Below are positions 1 to 9,419 of a stretch of 64,000 nt of DNA, in pieces. A program made the translations under genes and the position numbers. How positions within the stretch are numbered: the stretch's first letter is position 1; each line of letters starts with the position of its first letter. Origin of the DNA: an uncultured bacterium (GTDB taxonomy: Bacteria > Oederibacteriota > JAAXVQ01 > JAUVAV01); NCBI GenBank assembly GCA_963710755.1, contig CAVQBK010000007.1:32001-96000 (forward strand), written 5' to 3'. The notes beneath the pieces are model-generated. The model saw only the letters and a list, made by a program, of their open reading frames with translations, ran no database searches and was not told the DNA's origin.

Positions 1-911
1 TAGCGGGTGACTTTGGCCTGCAAATGCTCGAATTTGTCAAAAGGACGCTTGTCGGTGGAAATACGGCCGTAGGTCTTAAGAATATACTGTTCTTCCGGTG
101 TCGGTTCCAGTAAATAGGAGGTGGGGGTGAACTGGGTCAAGGAATGACCGGCTTTTCGTAATAAATCAGTGTGTGCGCACAGCCGGGCATAAGAGAATTT
201 TTGGAGAGATACCATACGGTAGGTCCAACCCATTCCAAAAGAGGGCATATCCACGCGGGCGGTCATCACTTGCGGAAAAACGGCAGTAATGGTTTTGTAA
301 ATGGTGGCAAAAGATTTGGGGAAAAGATTGTAATTATCGGTATGAATGGAAAGAATGCCTTTGGGTGTTAGTCGCCGCCGGCAAAGTTGATAAAATTCCT
401 TGGTGTAAAGCATTTTTGATGGGCCGTGCGGTTCAGTCAGATCCACGATCAGCACATCAAATCGCTCGTCATGTGTTTCCAGCCATTGGCGGGCATCATT
501 ATAAACGATTTCAATACGCGGATCACGGCGGACTTTTTTAATAACCGGATAATGACGGGTGCAAAAATCAACTACCCCCTGATCGATCTCGACCATAACA
601 ATGCGTTTTAATGACGAATGTTTGACAGCCTCTTCCAAAGCGAAACAATCGCCGCCGCCGATGACGCAAAGACTGGCAGGCCCGGGATGAGCCAGCAGGG
701 GCGCATCTACCAGATACTGGTGGTAGCGGTCTTCGTCTTTTTGGGATACCTGGATTTTGCCGTCAAGAAATAACATGGTTCCGAAAGTTTGGTTTTGAAA
801 GAGTTCCATTTTTTGAAAGGGGGATTTGCCCTGGTAGAGACGCTCACCCAGATATATGTGTCCGAAATCATTGTTGACCCATTCCGTCTTTTTTACAGGA
901 TCTTTGGCCAT
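1..911 (-). CDS. speE: Spermidine synthase / polyamine aminopropyltransferase (runs to the left window edge; absent from the ORF track)
   Basis: Manual translation from ATG 911: MAKDPVKK...QGKSPFQKMELF...FGTMLFLDGKIQ...DEDRYHQYLV...VIGGGDC...VEID...DLTEP. These are aminopropyltransferase motifs. AAGGAG RBS upstream. Confidence 0.9.
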   Translation of the reverse strand, partial: MAKDPVKKTEWVNNDFGHIYLGERLYQGKSPFQKMELFQNQTFGTMLFLDGKIQVSQKDEDRYHQYLVDAPLLAHPGPASLCVIGGGDCFALEEAVKHSSLKRIVMVEIDQGVVDFCTRHYPVIKKVRRDPRIEIVYNDARQWLETHDERFDVLIVDLTEPHGPSKMLYTKEFYQLCRRRLTPKGILSIHTDNYNLFPKSFATIYKTITAVFPQVMTARVDMPSFGMGWTYRMVSLQKFSYARLCAHTDLLRKAGHSLTQFTPTSYLLEPTPEEQYILKTYGRISTDKRPFDKFEHLQAKVTR

Positions 912-1176
912 GATAATCTCCTTGAAAAGAATGGCGATATTATGCCACAACCGTAAATAATCAGCTAATTTTTTCACGATCAGACTAAAAAAAAAATCTC
1001 CTTTGCGACCAATTCTGTAATAGAACTTTTAGGGGGTCATGGGGTCATAAAACCCTCGTTGTAGACTGAAAAAAGTAAGGGTAAGGGAGGATTATTTTTA
1101 CTTGTATTCAACCAGTAAGGCGGATACAATGAAACCGCTTTTGTTGGAATTAATGAAATTAGAATAGGGAGGAATT

Positions 1177-1707
1177 ATGGGGAAAAAAAGTAAGATCGTA
1201 GGGATATCGTTATTCTTGATCTCGTCCTTTCTTGTGGGCATTTCCGCCCAGGCCCGTGTTACTGAAAAAGTTGATGCCATGATTGCCGAAAATTCACCTT
1301 TAAAAGTCAATGATAATGACCTCTGGATCCAAGTGGGTGGACCGCTGGTTTTAGGTGTGCAGTATGATAAATTTGCCACTGCCAATGTAGCCCTTGGTGG
1401 CGGGATAGGCTCTTACCTTAATGGTACCTCTTTGGATTTATCCATTAAATTTTTCCTTACGCCCGGACGCTTCTCGCCTTTCATTAGCGCCGGCCCGGTA
1501 TTGTATTACTCCTCAGCCGAAAAAAATACCTTTGGTGTTTTTGGTTCAGCCGGGTTAAGTTATTATTTTGCCGACGGCCTGGGGATCTCTGCCGCTTTTT
1601 GCTATGTTAAATCCTTGACCGAAAGTCTGAAACCTTTTAGTTACTATCAAATAAGTGATGAAATCAACTGGCCATCCATCCAATTTGGTTTGCATTGGAA
1701 TTATTGA
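1177..1707 (+). CDS. Exported protein, probable small outer-membrane beta-barrel
   Basis: Signal peptide (AQA cleavage), amphipathic Gly/aromatic strands, C-terminal FGLHWNY, GGAGG RBS. Confidence 0.6.
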   Translation: MGKKSKIVGISLFLISSFLVGISAQARVTEKVDAMIAENSPLKVNDNDLWIQVGGPLVLGVQYDKFATANVALGGGIGSYLNGTSLDLSIKFFLTPGRFSPFISAGPVLYYSSAEKNTFGVFGSAGLSYYFADGLGISAAFCYVKSLTESLKPFSYYQISDEINWPSIQFGLHWNY

Positions 1708-1772
1708 ACGACCAAAACAAAAGGACCGTTGGGGCAAGTGCCCGACCATGGTCTTTAAAAATCAAGGAGGGA

Positions 1773-2375
1773 ATGATGAGAAAAATAATGCAAGTAGTCT
1801 TGTCCGCAGTAATGATTGCAGCCTTGGCAGGTTGTGCTGGAAGCGTTAAGCGTATCTCCAGCGATGAAGTGGTTGATTTGTCGGGCCGCTGGAATGATAC
1901 CGACTCCCAGCTGGTAGCCGAAGAAATGGTTAAAGACTCGCTTTCCAAACCCTGGTTATCGCGATTCATGAAAAAGGCGGGAAAAAATCCCACCGTCATT
2001 GTGGGCACCATTAAAAATAAAACCGACGAGCACATCGCAGTGGATACCTTTAAAAATGATATTGAACGGGAGCTGATTAATAGCGGCATGGTGGAATTTG
2101 TATCTTCCAAAGGGGAACGGGAGGAGTTGCGCGCCGAACGTGAAGACCAGCAACTTAATGCCTCGGAAGCCACCAAAAAAGAAATGTATGCAGAAACTGG
2201 TGCCGACTATATGCTCCAGGGTACCATCTCCAAAATCACGGACGCTGCTTATGGTAAAAAAACCTTTTACTATCAAGTTGACATGACCATGACCGATTTG
2301 AAAACCGGAAAAAAAGTCTGGATTGGCGACAAGAAAATCAAGAAGTTCATCCAACGGCCGGGCGCGCGGTTCTAA
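1773..2375 (+). CDS. lpoB: LpoB-like penicillin-binding-protein activator lipoprotein
   Basis: Lipobox LAGC, DLSGRWNDTD, IKNKTDEHI and GADYMLQG motifs. AAGGAGG RBS before ATG 1773/1776. Confidence 0.75.
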   Translation: MMRKIMQVVLSAVMIAALAGCAGSVKRISSDEVVDLSGRWNDTDSQLVAEEMVKDSLSKPWLSRFMKKAGKNPTVIVGTIKNKTDEHIAVDTFKNDIERELINSGMVEFVSSKGEREELRAEREDQQLNASEATKKEMYAETGADYMLQGTISKITDAAYGKKTFYYQVDMTMTDLKTGKKVWIGDKKIKKFIQRPGARF

Positions 2376-2378
2376 GTT

Positions 2379-3716
2379 ATGAGGCAGGCTGGGTTTTATC
2401 GCTACTATGGAGCGGCCATGGTTACAGGCGTTCTCTTGCTTGCTGGTTGTGCCGGTACACCGGTCACTATGCAAGTGGAACGCCAAACCGCTCAGGGCGA
2501 TTACCAACAAGCTTTATCTTTAGTCACGCCCAAGCAAACCGCCTATAAGGGCGCCAATATCCTTTTGTATTATTTAGACAAAGGTGCTTTGCTGCAACGA
2601 TTGGGAGAATATCCGGTTAGCAATCAAGAACTGGATGAAGCTGAACGGCTGATGGAGGAATTTTCCACCACCAGTGTTACCCAGGCGGCGGCCTCTTTCC
2701 TGGTTAACGACATGACCATGGATTACAGCGGTGAAGATTTTGAGCAGGTGATGGTGAATGCCATCAAGGCTCTTAACTATCTCTATGCCGGAGACTTTTC
2801 AGGAGCCGGGGTGGAAGCCCGTAAGGTTAATACCCGCCTGCTGGAACTGGATGACAAGTATCAGGGCAAGGCTATCTATAGTGAAGACGCCTTTGCCCGC
2901 TACTTGGCAGCATTTGTCTACGAAGCGCAAGGCGAATATAACAATGCCTATATCGACTATAAAAAAGCCTATAAGGGATTTATCCATTATAACCGCCAGT
3001 TCAATATGCCCATGCCGGAGGTGATCAAGCAAGACCTGCTCCGGCTTTCACGCTGGATGGGATTTGATGATGAATTCCGACGCTGGCGCCGGACTTTTAA
3101 GGATCAGCCTTTACCCTCCATGCGTCCTAAGAAACAAAGTGAAGTCTTGCTGGTGATTTACGATGGCTTGATCCCCAGCAAAAGAACGACTTATACCGCG
3201 GTTCCGATCAGGACGGCGGATCATGAGCCCTATGTGTTAAAGGTTGCCTTTCCGGAATTTTCCCCCCGGGAACCGGTAATTGGCCAGGTGCGGGTGGGTA
3301 CCGCCGGGGGTGAAATTTTCACCAGCCAGGTGGTGGAACCGCTGAGCATGATTGCCTACAAAAATCTGGGACAACGACTGGGGTTAATCAGTGCCAAAGC
3401 CATTGCCCGGGCTACAGCCAAGTATATTGCCGCTTATAATGTCAGAAAAGCAACGCACAGCAAAAACGCAGGGGTTAATATGCTGGTCGGCTTGGCCACC
3501 AATGTGTTTACCTATGCCACCGAGCAAGCTGACACCAGATCATGGCGGACGCTGCCCAACCGTTTTCATCTGGTACGCTGTCCGGTGGCTGCAGGCAAGC
3601 AGGAGTTGGAGATCCGGGTAGAAGGCTTGCAAGGCGAGCCGAGAGAAGGATTCCCCTTAAGTGTGGAACTTAAGGAAGGACAGAAACTGGTTGTACCCCT
3701 GTACTATCCTAATTAA
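2379..3716 (+). CDS. COG3014-type TPR-like lipoprotein
   Basis: Lipobox LAGC, YSGEDFE, ADTRSWRTLP. This family is usually found beside lpoB-like genes. Confidence 0.75.
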   Translation: MRQAGFYRYYGAAMVTGVLLLAGCAGTPVTMQVERQTAQGDYQQALSLVTPKQTAYKGANILLYYLDKGALLQRLGEYPVSNQELDEAERLMEEFSTTSVTQAAASFLVNDMTMDYSGEDFEQVMVNAIKALNYLYAGDFSGAGVEARKVNTRLLELDDKYQGKAIYSEDAFARYLAAFVYEAQGEYNNAYIDYKKAYKGFIHYNRQFNMPMPEVIKQDLLRLSRWMGFDDEFRRWRRTFKDQPLPSMRPKKQSEVLLVIYDGLIPSKRTTYTAVPIRTADHEPYVLKVAFPEFSPREPVIGQVRVGTAGGEIFTSQVVEPLSMIAYKNLGQRLGLISAKAIARATAKYIAAYNVRKATHSKNAGVNMLVGLATNVFTYATEQADTRSWRTLPNRFHLVRCPVAAGKQELEIRVEGLQGEPREGFPLSVELKEGQKLVVPLYYPN

Positions 3717-3849
3717 GCCTGACCTGTGATCAGTTATGCCTGGTAAAAGGCCCGGCAAGAGGGATGGCAAGAACTGCCTGTGGGAATGACCGTGGAAAAA
3801 GCATTCCAGGTCTGGTTCTCATTAAAATAATGAAGGAGTCCTATCATTG

Positions 3850-4722
3850 ATGTTGAACGCCATCGCTATTCCAGGCATTAAGTTAATTAAACAAGGCAAG
3901 GTAAGGGACATCTATGATTTGGGCGAGGAATTATTGTTGGTTGCTTCCGACCGTCTCTCGGCCTTTGATGTAGTGCTGCCCACTCCTATTCCCGGCAAAG
4001 GGGAAGTCTTGACCAGGCTCTCCAAATTCTGGTTTGATTCCTTTAAAAATAGCATTCCCAATCATTTGTCTTCTCACCCCCTGGACGAGGCCATTAAGGA
4101 CCGGCAGTTGCTGCAAGCGTTGGCATCCAGAACCATGCGGGTTAAGAAAGCCAAGCCCGTGATGGTGGAGGCGATCGTGCGGGGTTATATTACCGGTTCA
4201 GGATGGAAGGAGTACCAAAAAAGCGGCACAGTTTGCGGCATCTCCTTGCCCGGCGGTTTGCAGGAATCAGCTCAGCTGCCGGAGCCTATTTTTACCCCTT
4301 CCACCAAAGCTGAGGTGGGTGACCATGATGAAAATATCAGTTTCGAGGAAGCAGCTTCCATCGTGGGCCAGGAAACAGCTCAAGCTGTCAAGACTCTGAG
4401 TCTTGACATATACAGCCGGGCTGCGGCTTATGCCCGGCAACGGGGAATTATCATTGCCGATACCAAGTTTGAGTTCGGGATGATCGATGGCCGGTTGTGC
4501 CTGATTGACGAGGTCTTGACCCCTGACTCCTCCCGTTTCTGGCCCATGGACAGTTACCGGCCGGGTCAGTCCCAACCGTCCTATGACAAGCAATATGTCC
4601 GGGATTGGTTGCTTAGTTCAGGATGGGACAAAACGCCGCCAGGCCCGGTATTGCCTGACGATGTGGTAAAACGAACTTCGGAAAAATATTGGGAGGCGTA
4701 TAAACGCCTAACTGCTGCTTGA
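3850..4722 (+). CDS. purC: SAICAR synthase
   Basis: GKVRDIY, SDRLSAFD, IADTKFEFG, DEVLTPDSSRFW. Confidence 0.97.
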   Translation: MLNAIAIPGIKLIKQGKVRDIYDLGEELLLVASDRLSAFDVVLPTPIPGKGEVLTRLSKFWFDSFKNSIPNHLSSHPLDEAIKDRQLLQALASRTMRVKKAKPVMVEAIVRGYITGSGWKEYQKSGTVCGISLPGGLQESAQLPEPIFTPSTKAEVGDHDENISFEEAASIVGQETAQAVKTLSLDIYSRAAAYARQRGIIIADTKFEFGMIDGRLCLIDEVLTPDSSRFWPMDSYRPGQSQPSYDKQYVRDWLLSSGWDKTPPGPVLPDDVVKRTSEKYWEAYKRLTAA

Positions 4723-4758
4723 ATTGCAGTAATCAAATAACGTAATTAGGAGGGTGAA

Positions 4759-5517
4759 ATGACTAGAGCAAGGATAATAGGGATAATGGCAGGGCTCGTG
4801 GTGGGGTTGAGTGTACTGGCCCATGCCGGACCGCATCAATATAAATGGATACAAGATAAAACTGTTTCTTCCGATGAAGTGTTGAGGAAATCCCAGGCCC
4901 AGCGGGTGTTGCCCATTAATGAATCAGAGACACTGGAGGCGGTTAAACAGGTCATGACCGATGATTTGTTCATGGCTTTGGCTCAATACCATAAATCACG
5001 TCACCGCCAGGACGGGGAGACGACGCCGGAAACGGTTTTGCCGGAAGAGATTGTCAAGCAACATGAGGTGGAGTTGATTGATGAGGATTACCGGTTTCTT
5101 TTGGAGGTTTCTTTGAAAAAATATGGTGCCCGCACTCGGGTTATCGCCAAAGCAGTTCCTGTCTATAGGGTTCGTGATCTGGATGCGGAAGCGGCCCAGG
5201 GCGATAATAATGAAGGCACCAGTGTGGAAGTAAAGGTTAAATCAGATCAAGGTGGTGCGGTTGCCATGGGCCCCATCTTTGTGGCACCGACTTATGGTAT
5301 GCCTGGGGACTTTGGCATTTCGCCTCTGCCGGATGCTGCCGAACGAGGCGGACTGCTGGTAAGATCATTCATGTACTTTCTCGAAAAACGGGTGGCTGCA
5401 AAGGATATGAACGGTCAGGTAAACGGAAGTGATGTTCAGATGGCAGCAGAACAACAACCTAATGAGGCGCCCACCGGCGTGACGGAAGTTAACATTAAAG
5501 TAAAGTCAGGCAAGTAG
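4759..5517 (+). CDS. Exported hypothetical protein
   Basis: AGGAGG RBS, signal peptide ending AHA, 252-aa ORF with no recognised motif. Confidence 0.7.
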   Translation: MTRARIIGIMAGLVVGLSVLAHAGPHQYKWIQDKTVSSDEVLRKSQAQRVLPINESETLEAVKQVMTDDLFMALAQYHKSRHRQDGETTPETVLPEEIVKQHEVELIDEDYRFLLEVSLKKYGARTRVIAKAVPVYRVRDLDAEAAQGDNNEGTSVEVKVKSDQGGAVAMGPIFVAPTYGMPGDFGISPLPDAAERGGLLVRSFMYFLEKRVAAKDMNGQVNGSDVQMAAEQQPNEAPTGVTEVNIKVKSGK

Positions 5518-5577
5518 TCGACATTGACTTTAGTACGTGGAAAAGGTTGAAAGCGTCTATTTTTTAACCATTGTTTG

Positions 5578-5620
5578 AAAATCCCTTTGCCTGGCATGGC
5601 CTGGGCAAAGGGATTTTTTT
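5578..5620 (+). terminator. Rho-independent terminator
   Basis: Stem AAAATCCCTTTGCC / GGCAAAGGGATTTT followed by a T-run. Confidence 0.75.
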
Positions 5621-5875
5621 GCCACCATCGATTCATAGGTAAAACATCCCAATTATCCGCCATCCTCTTGTGTTTTTATCGAGTCATAACTTATTTTATT
5701 CCAGAGGTCTTGACCGACTTTTTGTCATCGGTTTTCGTAGAATGACCGGGGAGCCGCAGATTCTTTTCATAATGGAAATATTGGGCCGCTTCTCTTCCTG
5801 ACGTTGCATTACCGTATCTAGCGTTTGACGTTGATCACTTCCGGTCTGCAGCCCCTCCTTTCCTGTGGTTTACTC

Positions 5876-6118
5876 TTAAACTGAATTTTTAAAAGTTCTT
5901 CTTAAATGGACAGGTTGGCTTGACGCCGGCAGTCCTTCTTTGCTATCTGCTGTGGTATTGATGTAAAAAGGCAGTTCCAGCCCTTTTAATAATTGAATAC
6001 CACTGTTTGGGGACCACGGTATGGGATTGGAAAAGAAGCTTCCTAAACCGGGAAGCCCAAAACCAAGAAAGAAACTTATTAAAACTAATGTGGAAAGATG
6101 ACCCGTTATTTTTTCCAT
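5876..6118 (-). CDS. Small hypothetical membrane or exported protein (80 aa)
   Basis: AAGGAGG RBS 8 nt before ATG 6118; hydrophobic N-terminus (LSTLVLISFFLGFGL). Confidence 0.4.
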   Translation of the reverse strand: MEKITGHLSTLVLISFFLGFGLPGLGSFFSNPIPWSPNSGIQLLKGLELPFYINTTADSKEGLPASSQPVHLRRTFKNSV

Positions 6119-6255
6119 CGGATCTTCCTCCTTTTCGCTCATTTTCTTCCTGCGCCATGGACCCCATAGCGAGGGCATAGTTCCGCCAAGGGGCATTAAG
6201 TTTTCGTAAAAATGAGACGACACTATAGATGAAGACAAAAAAGGAGGTTCGCCTT

Positions 6256-6450
6256 ATGGATCCGAAGCCTTTTGAAAAAGAGCAGTCAGACGGTCTGGAT
6301 ATTATTCAGGAACTAACCTTGGAAAGCTTCAAAGAATATAAAGAAAATAAAAGAAATATTGAGGATTTTATCCAGTTTTTGGAGGCCTTGCACTATTGCG
6401 AGGATCCTGATGAGCTTATTGAATATGAGATGCCCTTTAGTTTGAATTAA
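6256..6450 (+). CDS. Small acidic hypothetical protein (64 aa)
   Basis: AAGGAGGT RBS before ATG 6256; ORF ends in a terminator hairpin. Confidence 0.6.
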   Translation: MDPKPFEKEQSDGLDIIQELTLESFKEYKENKRNIEDFIQFLEALHYCEDPDELIEYEMPFSLN

Positions 6451-6490
6451 CCAAGCCGGCCCATACTTGAAGACGGCTTGGTTAATTCAA
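6442..6490. terminator. Bidirectional terminator between convergent genes
   Basis: Perfect 17-bp inverted repeat TTGAATTAACCAAGCCG / CGGCTTGGTTAATTCAA. Confidence 0.7.
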
Positions 6491-6497
6491 TTAAGCC

Positions 6498-6839
6498 TTA
6501 GCCAATGGCTTTTTTACCTTTTTCCCGGGTCCGTATCCGGTAGCACTCCACCAGATCAATGACAAAAATTTTGCCATCGCCGATAGTATCAGTGCCGGCC
6601 GCATTCATAATGGTTTCCACGGTTTTTTCAAGAAATTCGTCATTGACGCCTATGTCCAGACGTACCTTTTTCAATAAATTAACACTTAGTTTAACCCCGC
6701 GATAGCTTTCTTCATAACCCATCTGTTGACCGCATCCCAAAGCATTGGTGACCGACATCTTGCCCACCCCGGCGGCAGCAAGGGCATCTTTAACTTCTGT
6801 CAGACGTTGCGGTTGAATATAAGCGATAATTAGTTTCAT
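6498..6839 (-). CDS. glnK: PII nitrogen regulatory protein
   Basis: T-loop [15 protein letters not shown]; directly downstream of amtB. Confidence 0.93.
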   Translation of the reverse strand: MKLIIAYIQPQRLTEVKDALAAAGVGKMSVTNALGCGQQMGYEESYRGVKLSVNLLKKVRLDIGVNDEFLEKTVETIMNAAGTDTIGDGKIFVIDLVECYRIRTREKGKKAIG

Positions 6840-6851
6840 GATACCATCCTC

Positions 6852-8291
6852 CTATTCCGTGGTGAAAATTTGGAATCCGCTATAAGATTCCATGCCGTGT
6901 TCGGTGATGTCCAATCCGCGGCGTTCCTCCTCAGCGCTGACACGCAAACCAATCGTGACTTTGATAAGACCGAAGAGAACGAAGCCGGTAGCCAGACACC
7001 AGGCCAGGACCGATAGAATGCCGATCAATTGGCTGCCCAACTGTCCAGCACCTCCACCATAGAATAGTCCTGATACACCGCCGAAATCTTTGGAAGCGAA
7101 CAAGCCTACGGCCAAAGTGCCCCAAGCACCGCAAACGCCATGCACGCTGATGGCACCCACAGGATCGTCGATCCTCAGAACTTTATCGATGAATTCCACG
7201 GAGAGCACCACAATAACGCCGGCGATCAAGCCAATAATAATGGCTCCGCCTGGGGAGACATTGGCACAGCCGGCGGTTATTCCCACCAACCCTGCCAATA
7301 CCCCGTTGAAAGTCATGGAGGTGTCCGGTTTCTTATTTTTAATCCAGACCGTAACCATGGCGCCAATTGCGCCGGCGGCTGCGGCCAGATTGGTGGTCAC
7401 GGCAATCAGACCGATGTTGAGCGACGCTTGCGTAGTGCTGCCGGCATTAAAACCGAACCATCCGAACCACAGAATAAATACCCCCAAGGCTGCCAGGGGC
7501 ATATTGTGACCGAGAATGGCCTTAGATTCACCCTTGGGTCCGTACTTGCCGAGCCTGGGGCCAAGAACGATCGCCCCGGTCAAGGCTAGCCAGCCCCCCA
7601 CGGAATGGACCACCGTGGAACCGGCGAAGTCGATCATAGGGATTTTGAGGGTACTCAACCAGCCGCCACCCCAAATCCAATGGCCCACCACCGGATAAAT
7701 GAAGAGGCTGATAAATAAGCTGTAAAGCAAATAACCTACAAATTTTGTTCTCTCGGCCATGGCGCCGGAGACAATGGTGGCTGCTGTGGCGGCAAAGACT
7801 ACCTGGAACATCCAATAGGCATATTGCCACAACCCTTCACTGCCGGCTGTATTGCCTGTGCTCAGAAAAAAACCACTGGTGCCGAAAAGGCCTAGCTTAT
7901 CTGCGCCGAACATGATCCCAAACCCAATGGCCCAGAAGGCAATCGACCCAACCGCAAAATCCATGAGGTTTTTCATCATGATATTGCCCGCGTTCTTGGC
8001 CCTGGTTAGTCCGGTTTCCACCATGGCAAAACCAGGCTGCATAAACATAACCAGGACGGCGGCCACCACAATCCAAACCCAATTAGCTGAATCTTGGGCG
8101 TTTTTGGCAGCAGCGGTGTTTTCTTTGACCAGCGGCGCCAGATCGGGAGCGGGGGTGCTCGGTGCGGTGGTCATGGCCATCGCTACGTTGGGTGCGGTAT
8201 CCTGCGGGGTCTCCGCCCAGCCGGCGGTGACCATGAGGCTTAAACCCAAAGCTATTAAACTTCCCAAAATGAACTTATTGATGCCTTTCAT
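6852..8291 (-). CDS. amtB: Ammonium transporter
   Basis: DFAGSTVVH, WFGWFGFN, DDPVGAISVHG. GGAGG RBS supports a start at 8291 (MKGINK). Confidence 0.97.
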   Translation of the reverse strand: MKGINKFILGSLIALGLSLMVTAGWAETPQDTAPNVAMAMTTAPSTPAPDLAPLVKENTAAAKNAQDSANWVWIVVAAVLVMFMQPGFAMVETGLTRAKNAGNIMMKNLMDFAVGSIAFWAIGFGIMFGADKLGLFGTSGFFLSTGNTAGSEGLWQYAYWMFQVVFAATAATIVSGAMAERTKFVGYLLYSLFISLFIYPVVGHWIWGGGWLSTLKIPMIDFAGSTVVHSVGGWLALTGAIVLGPRLGKYGPKGESKAILGHNMPLAALGVFILWFGWFGFNAGSTTQASLNIGLIAVTTNLAAAAGAIGAMVTVWIKNKKPDTSMTFNGVLAGLVGITAGCANVSPGGAIIIGLIAGVIVVLSVEFIDKVLRIDDPVGAISVHGVCGAWGTLAVGLFASKDFGGVSGLFYGGGAGQLGSQLIGILSVLAWCLATGFVLFGLIKVTIGLRVSAEEERRGLDITEHGMESYSGFQIFTTE

Positions 8292-8304
8292 GATGCACCT
8301 CCTC

Positions 8305-9060
8305 CTATAAGGACAGACTGGCGCCGATGGAAAAGTAGAGATAGCCAGTCTTGTCCAGCAATGTGCTGATTTCATTATCCAGTAAATAACTGTAATGAAC
8401 AGCCGGGGTCACGCCGACGGTGCCGAAGCTGAAGGGCAGACTTAAGCCCAGGACTAAATCCACCGGGGCGGCTTTATCGAGCCCGAAATAACCGCGGTTG
8501 TAGGAAGCGCTACCATAACCGGCGGAGGCGCTAAGGTCCAGACTGTTCAGGGGGCCCGTTTTGAGTTCAAAGCTGTGACTTAGACCGAGCAGGAAATAAG
8601 AGCCCTTAATTTCATCCACATCGGAATAGACGGCCAGCGATGGGGAAGTCGGTACGTCGGCGGAAAAGGAAGCAAAAAGTTCATGGGTGGTGGCCGCCAC
8701 GCCTGGAAACATATAGGAAATGATCCCTACATCCGCCGTGATTGGGCCGAAGGATTTGCTGTAATCCAAGGTTAGGTCGATCTCAGTAAATTCGCCGCTG
8801 CGGTTGCCATAGCCGGCTTCTTCGCCGTAACCGGATAAATCCATATTGCCCCAGAAGTTAAAACCCAGGTCATAGCCGAGGGGAACGGTCAAAGACGGTT
8901 GAAACACAGCCTCCTTGTTTACTTCTAGACCGCGCCACACATAGCTGCTGACTACGGGTAAATCCAGACCAACTTCCGCTGCTATGCCGGCCGTCGGGGC
9001 CGACAGTACTGTCAGACCACAGAGCAGAATCAAAGCTGAAAATTTAAATCGGTTCTTCAT
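8305..9060 (-). CDS. TorF/Gcw_chp-like outer-membrane protein (putative porin)
   Basis: Signal peptide, SSYVWRG and EIDL motifs, beta-strand pattern. First gene of the amtB-glnK operon; AAGGAGG RBS. Confidence 0.75.
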   Translation of the reverse strand: MKNRFKFSALILLCGLTVLSAPTAGIAAEVGLDLPVVSSYVWRGLEVNKEAVFQPSLTVPLGYDLGFNFWGNMDLSGYGEEAGYGNRSGEFTEIDLTLDYSKSFGPITADVGIISYMFPGVAATTHELFASFSADVPTSPSLAVYSDVDEIKGSYFLLGLSHSFELKTGPLNSLDLSASAGYGSASYNRGYFGLDKAAPVDLVLGLSLPFSFGTVGVTPAVHYSYLLDNEISTLLDKTGYLYFSIGASLSL

Positions 9061-9112
9061 GGTAATCCTCCTTAAATAAGTGTATTGGTTGGTATTGGTT
9101 GGCAATTGAAGT

Positions 9113-9154
9113 TTAATGATCTTTACAAGCAGAGAAATGTTCATTACCCGACAT
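9113..9154 (-). other. Candidate 13-aa leader peptide MSGNEHFSACKDH
   Basis: Perfect AAGGAGGT Shine-Dalgarno 4 nt before ATG, lying between the sigma54 promoter and the porin start. Confidence 0.45.
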
Positions 9155-9204
9155 ACGCACCTCCTTCTCGCTGCTGCCTGCATCAATAGGATGGTTAGGT
9201 ATTT

Positions 9205-9221
9205 CGCATAATTTGTGCCAA
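9205..9221 (-). promoter_or_regulatory. sigma54 (-24/-12) promoter of porin-amtB-glnK
   Basis: TTGGCACAAATTATGCG on the minus strand, GG-N10-GC. Confidence 0.85.
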
Positions 9222-9305
9222 GAATTAAAACAGCGTAAGAAGACGTTTAGGCTTTAAAATAAGCCGTACGTCAAAAATGAGAAAAATGGGAGGGCTACAA
9301 TTAAA

Positions 9306-9346
9306 TACAAAAATGAAATTAAATAAAAAACAAATACAAAAAAGTA
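9306..9346. promoter_or_regulatory. Paired TAC-N6-GTA upstream activator sites
   Basis: TACAAAAATGAA (9306) and TACAAAAAAGTA (9335), 29 bp apart. Confidence 0.6.
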
Positions 9347-9419
9347 ATTAAAAAACCATTGCGAAAGTATAGCGCCATAGTGGGGATAGGTCTATGTTGG
9401 GGTTGAAACAAACGTTGGA

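Noticed and set aside
3717-3846. Purine or ZTP riboswitch upstream of purC
   Set aside because: No recognisable aptamer consensus or terminator.
6175-6190. sigma54-like TTGGCGGAACTATGC upstream of the 5876-6118 ORF
   Set aside because: Spacing is GG-N9-GC, not the required N10.
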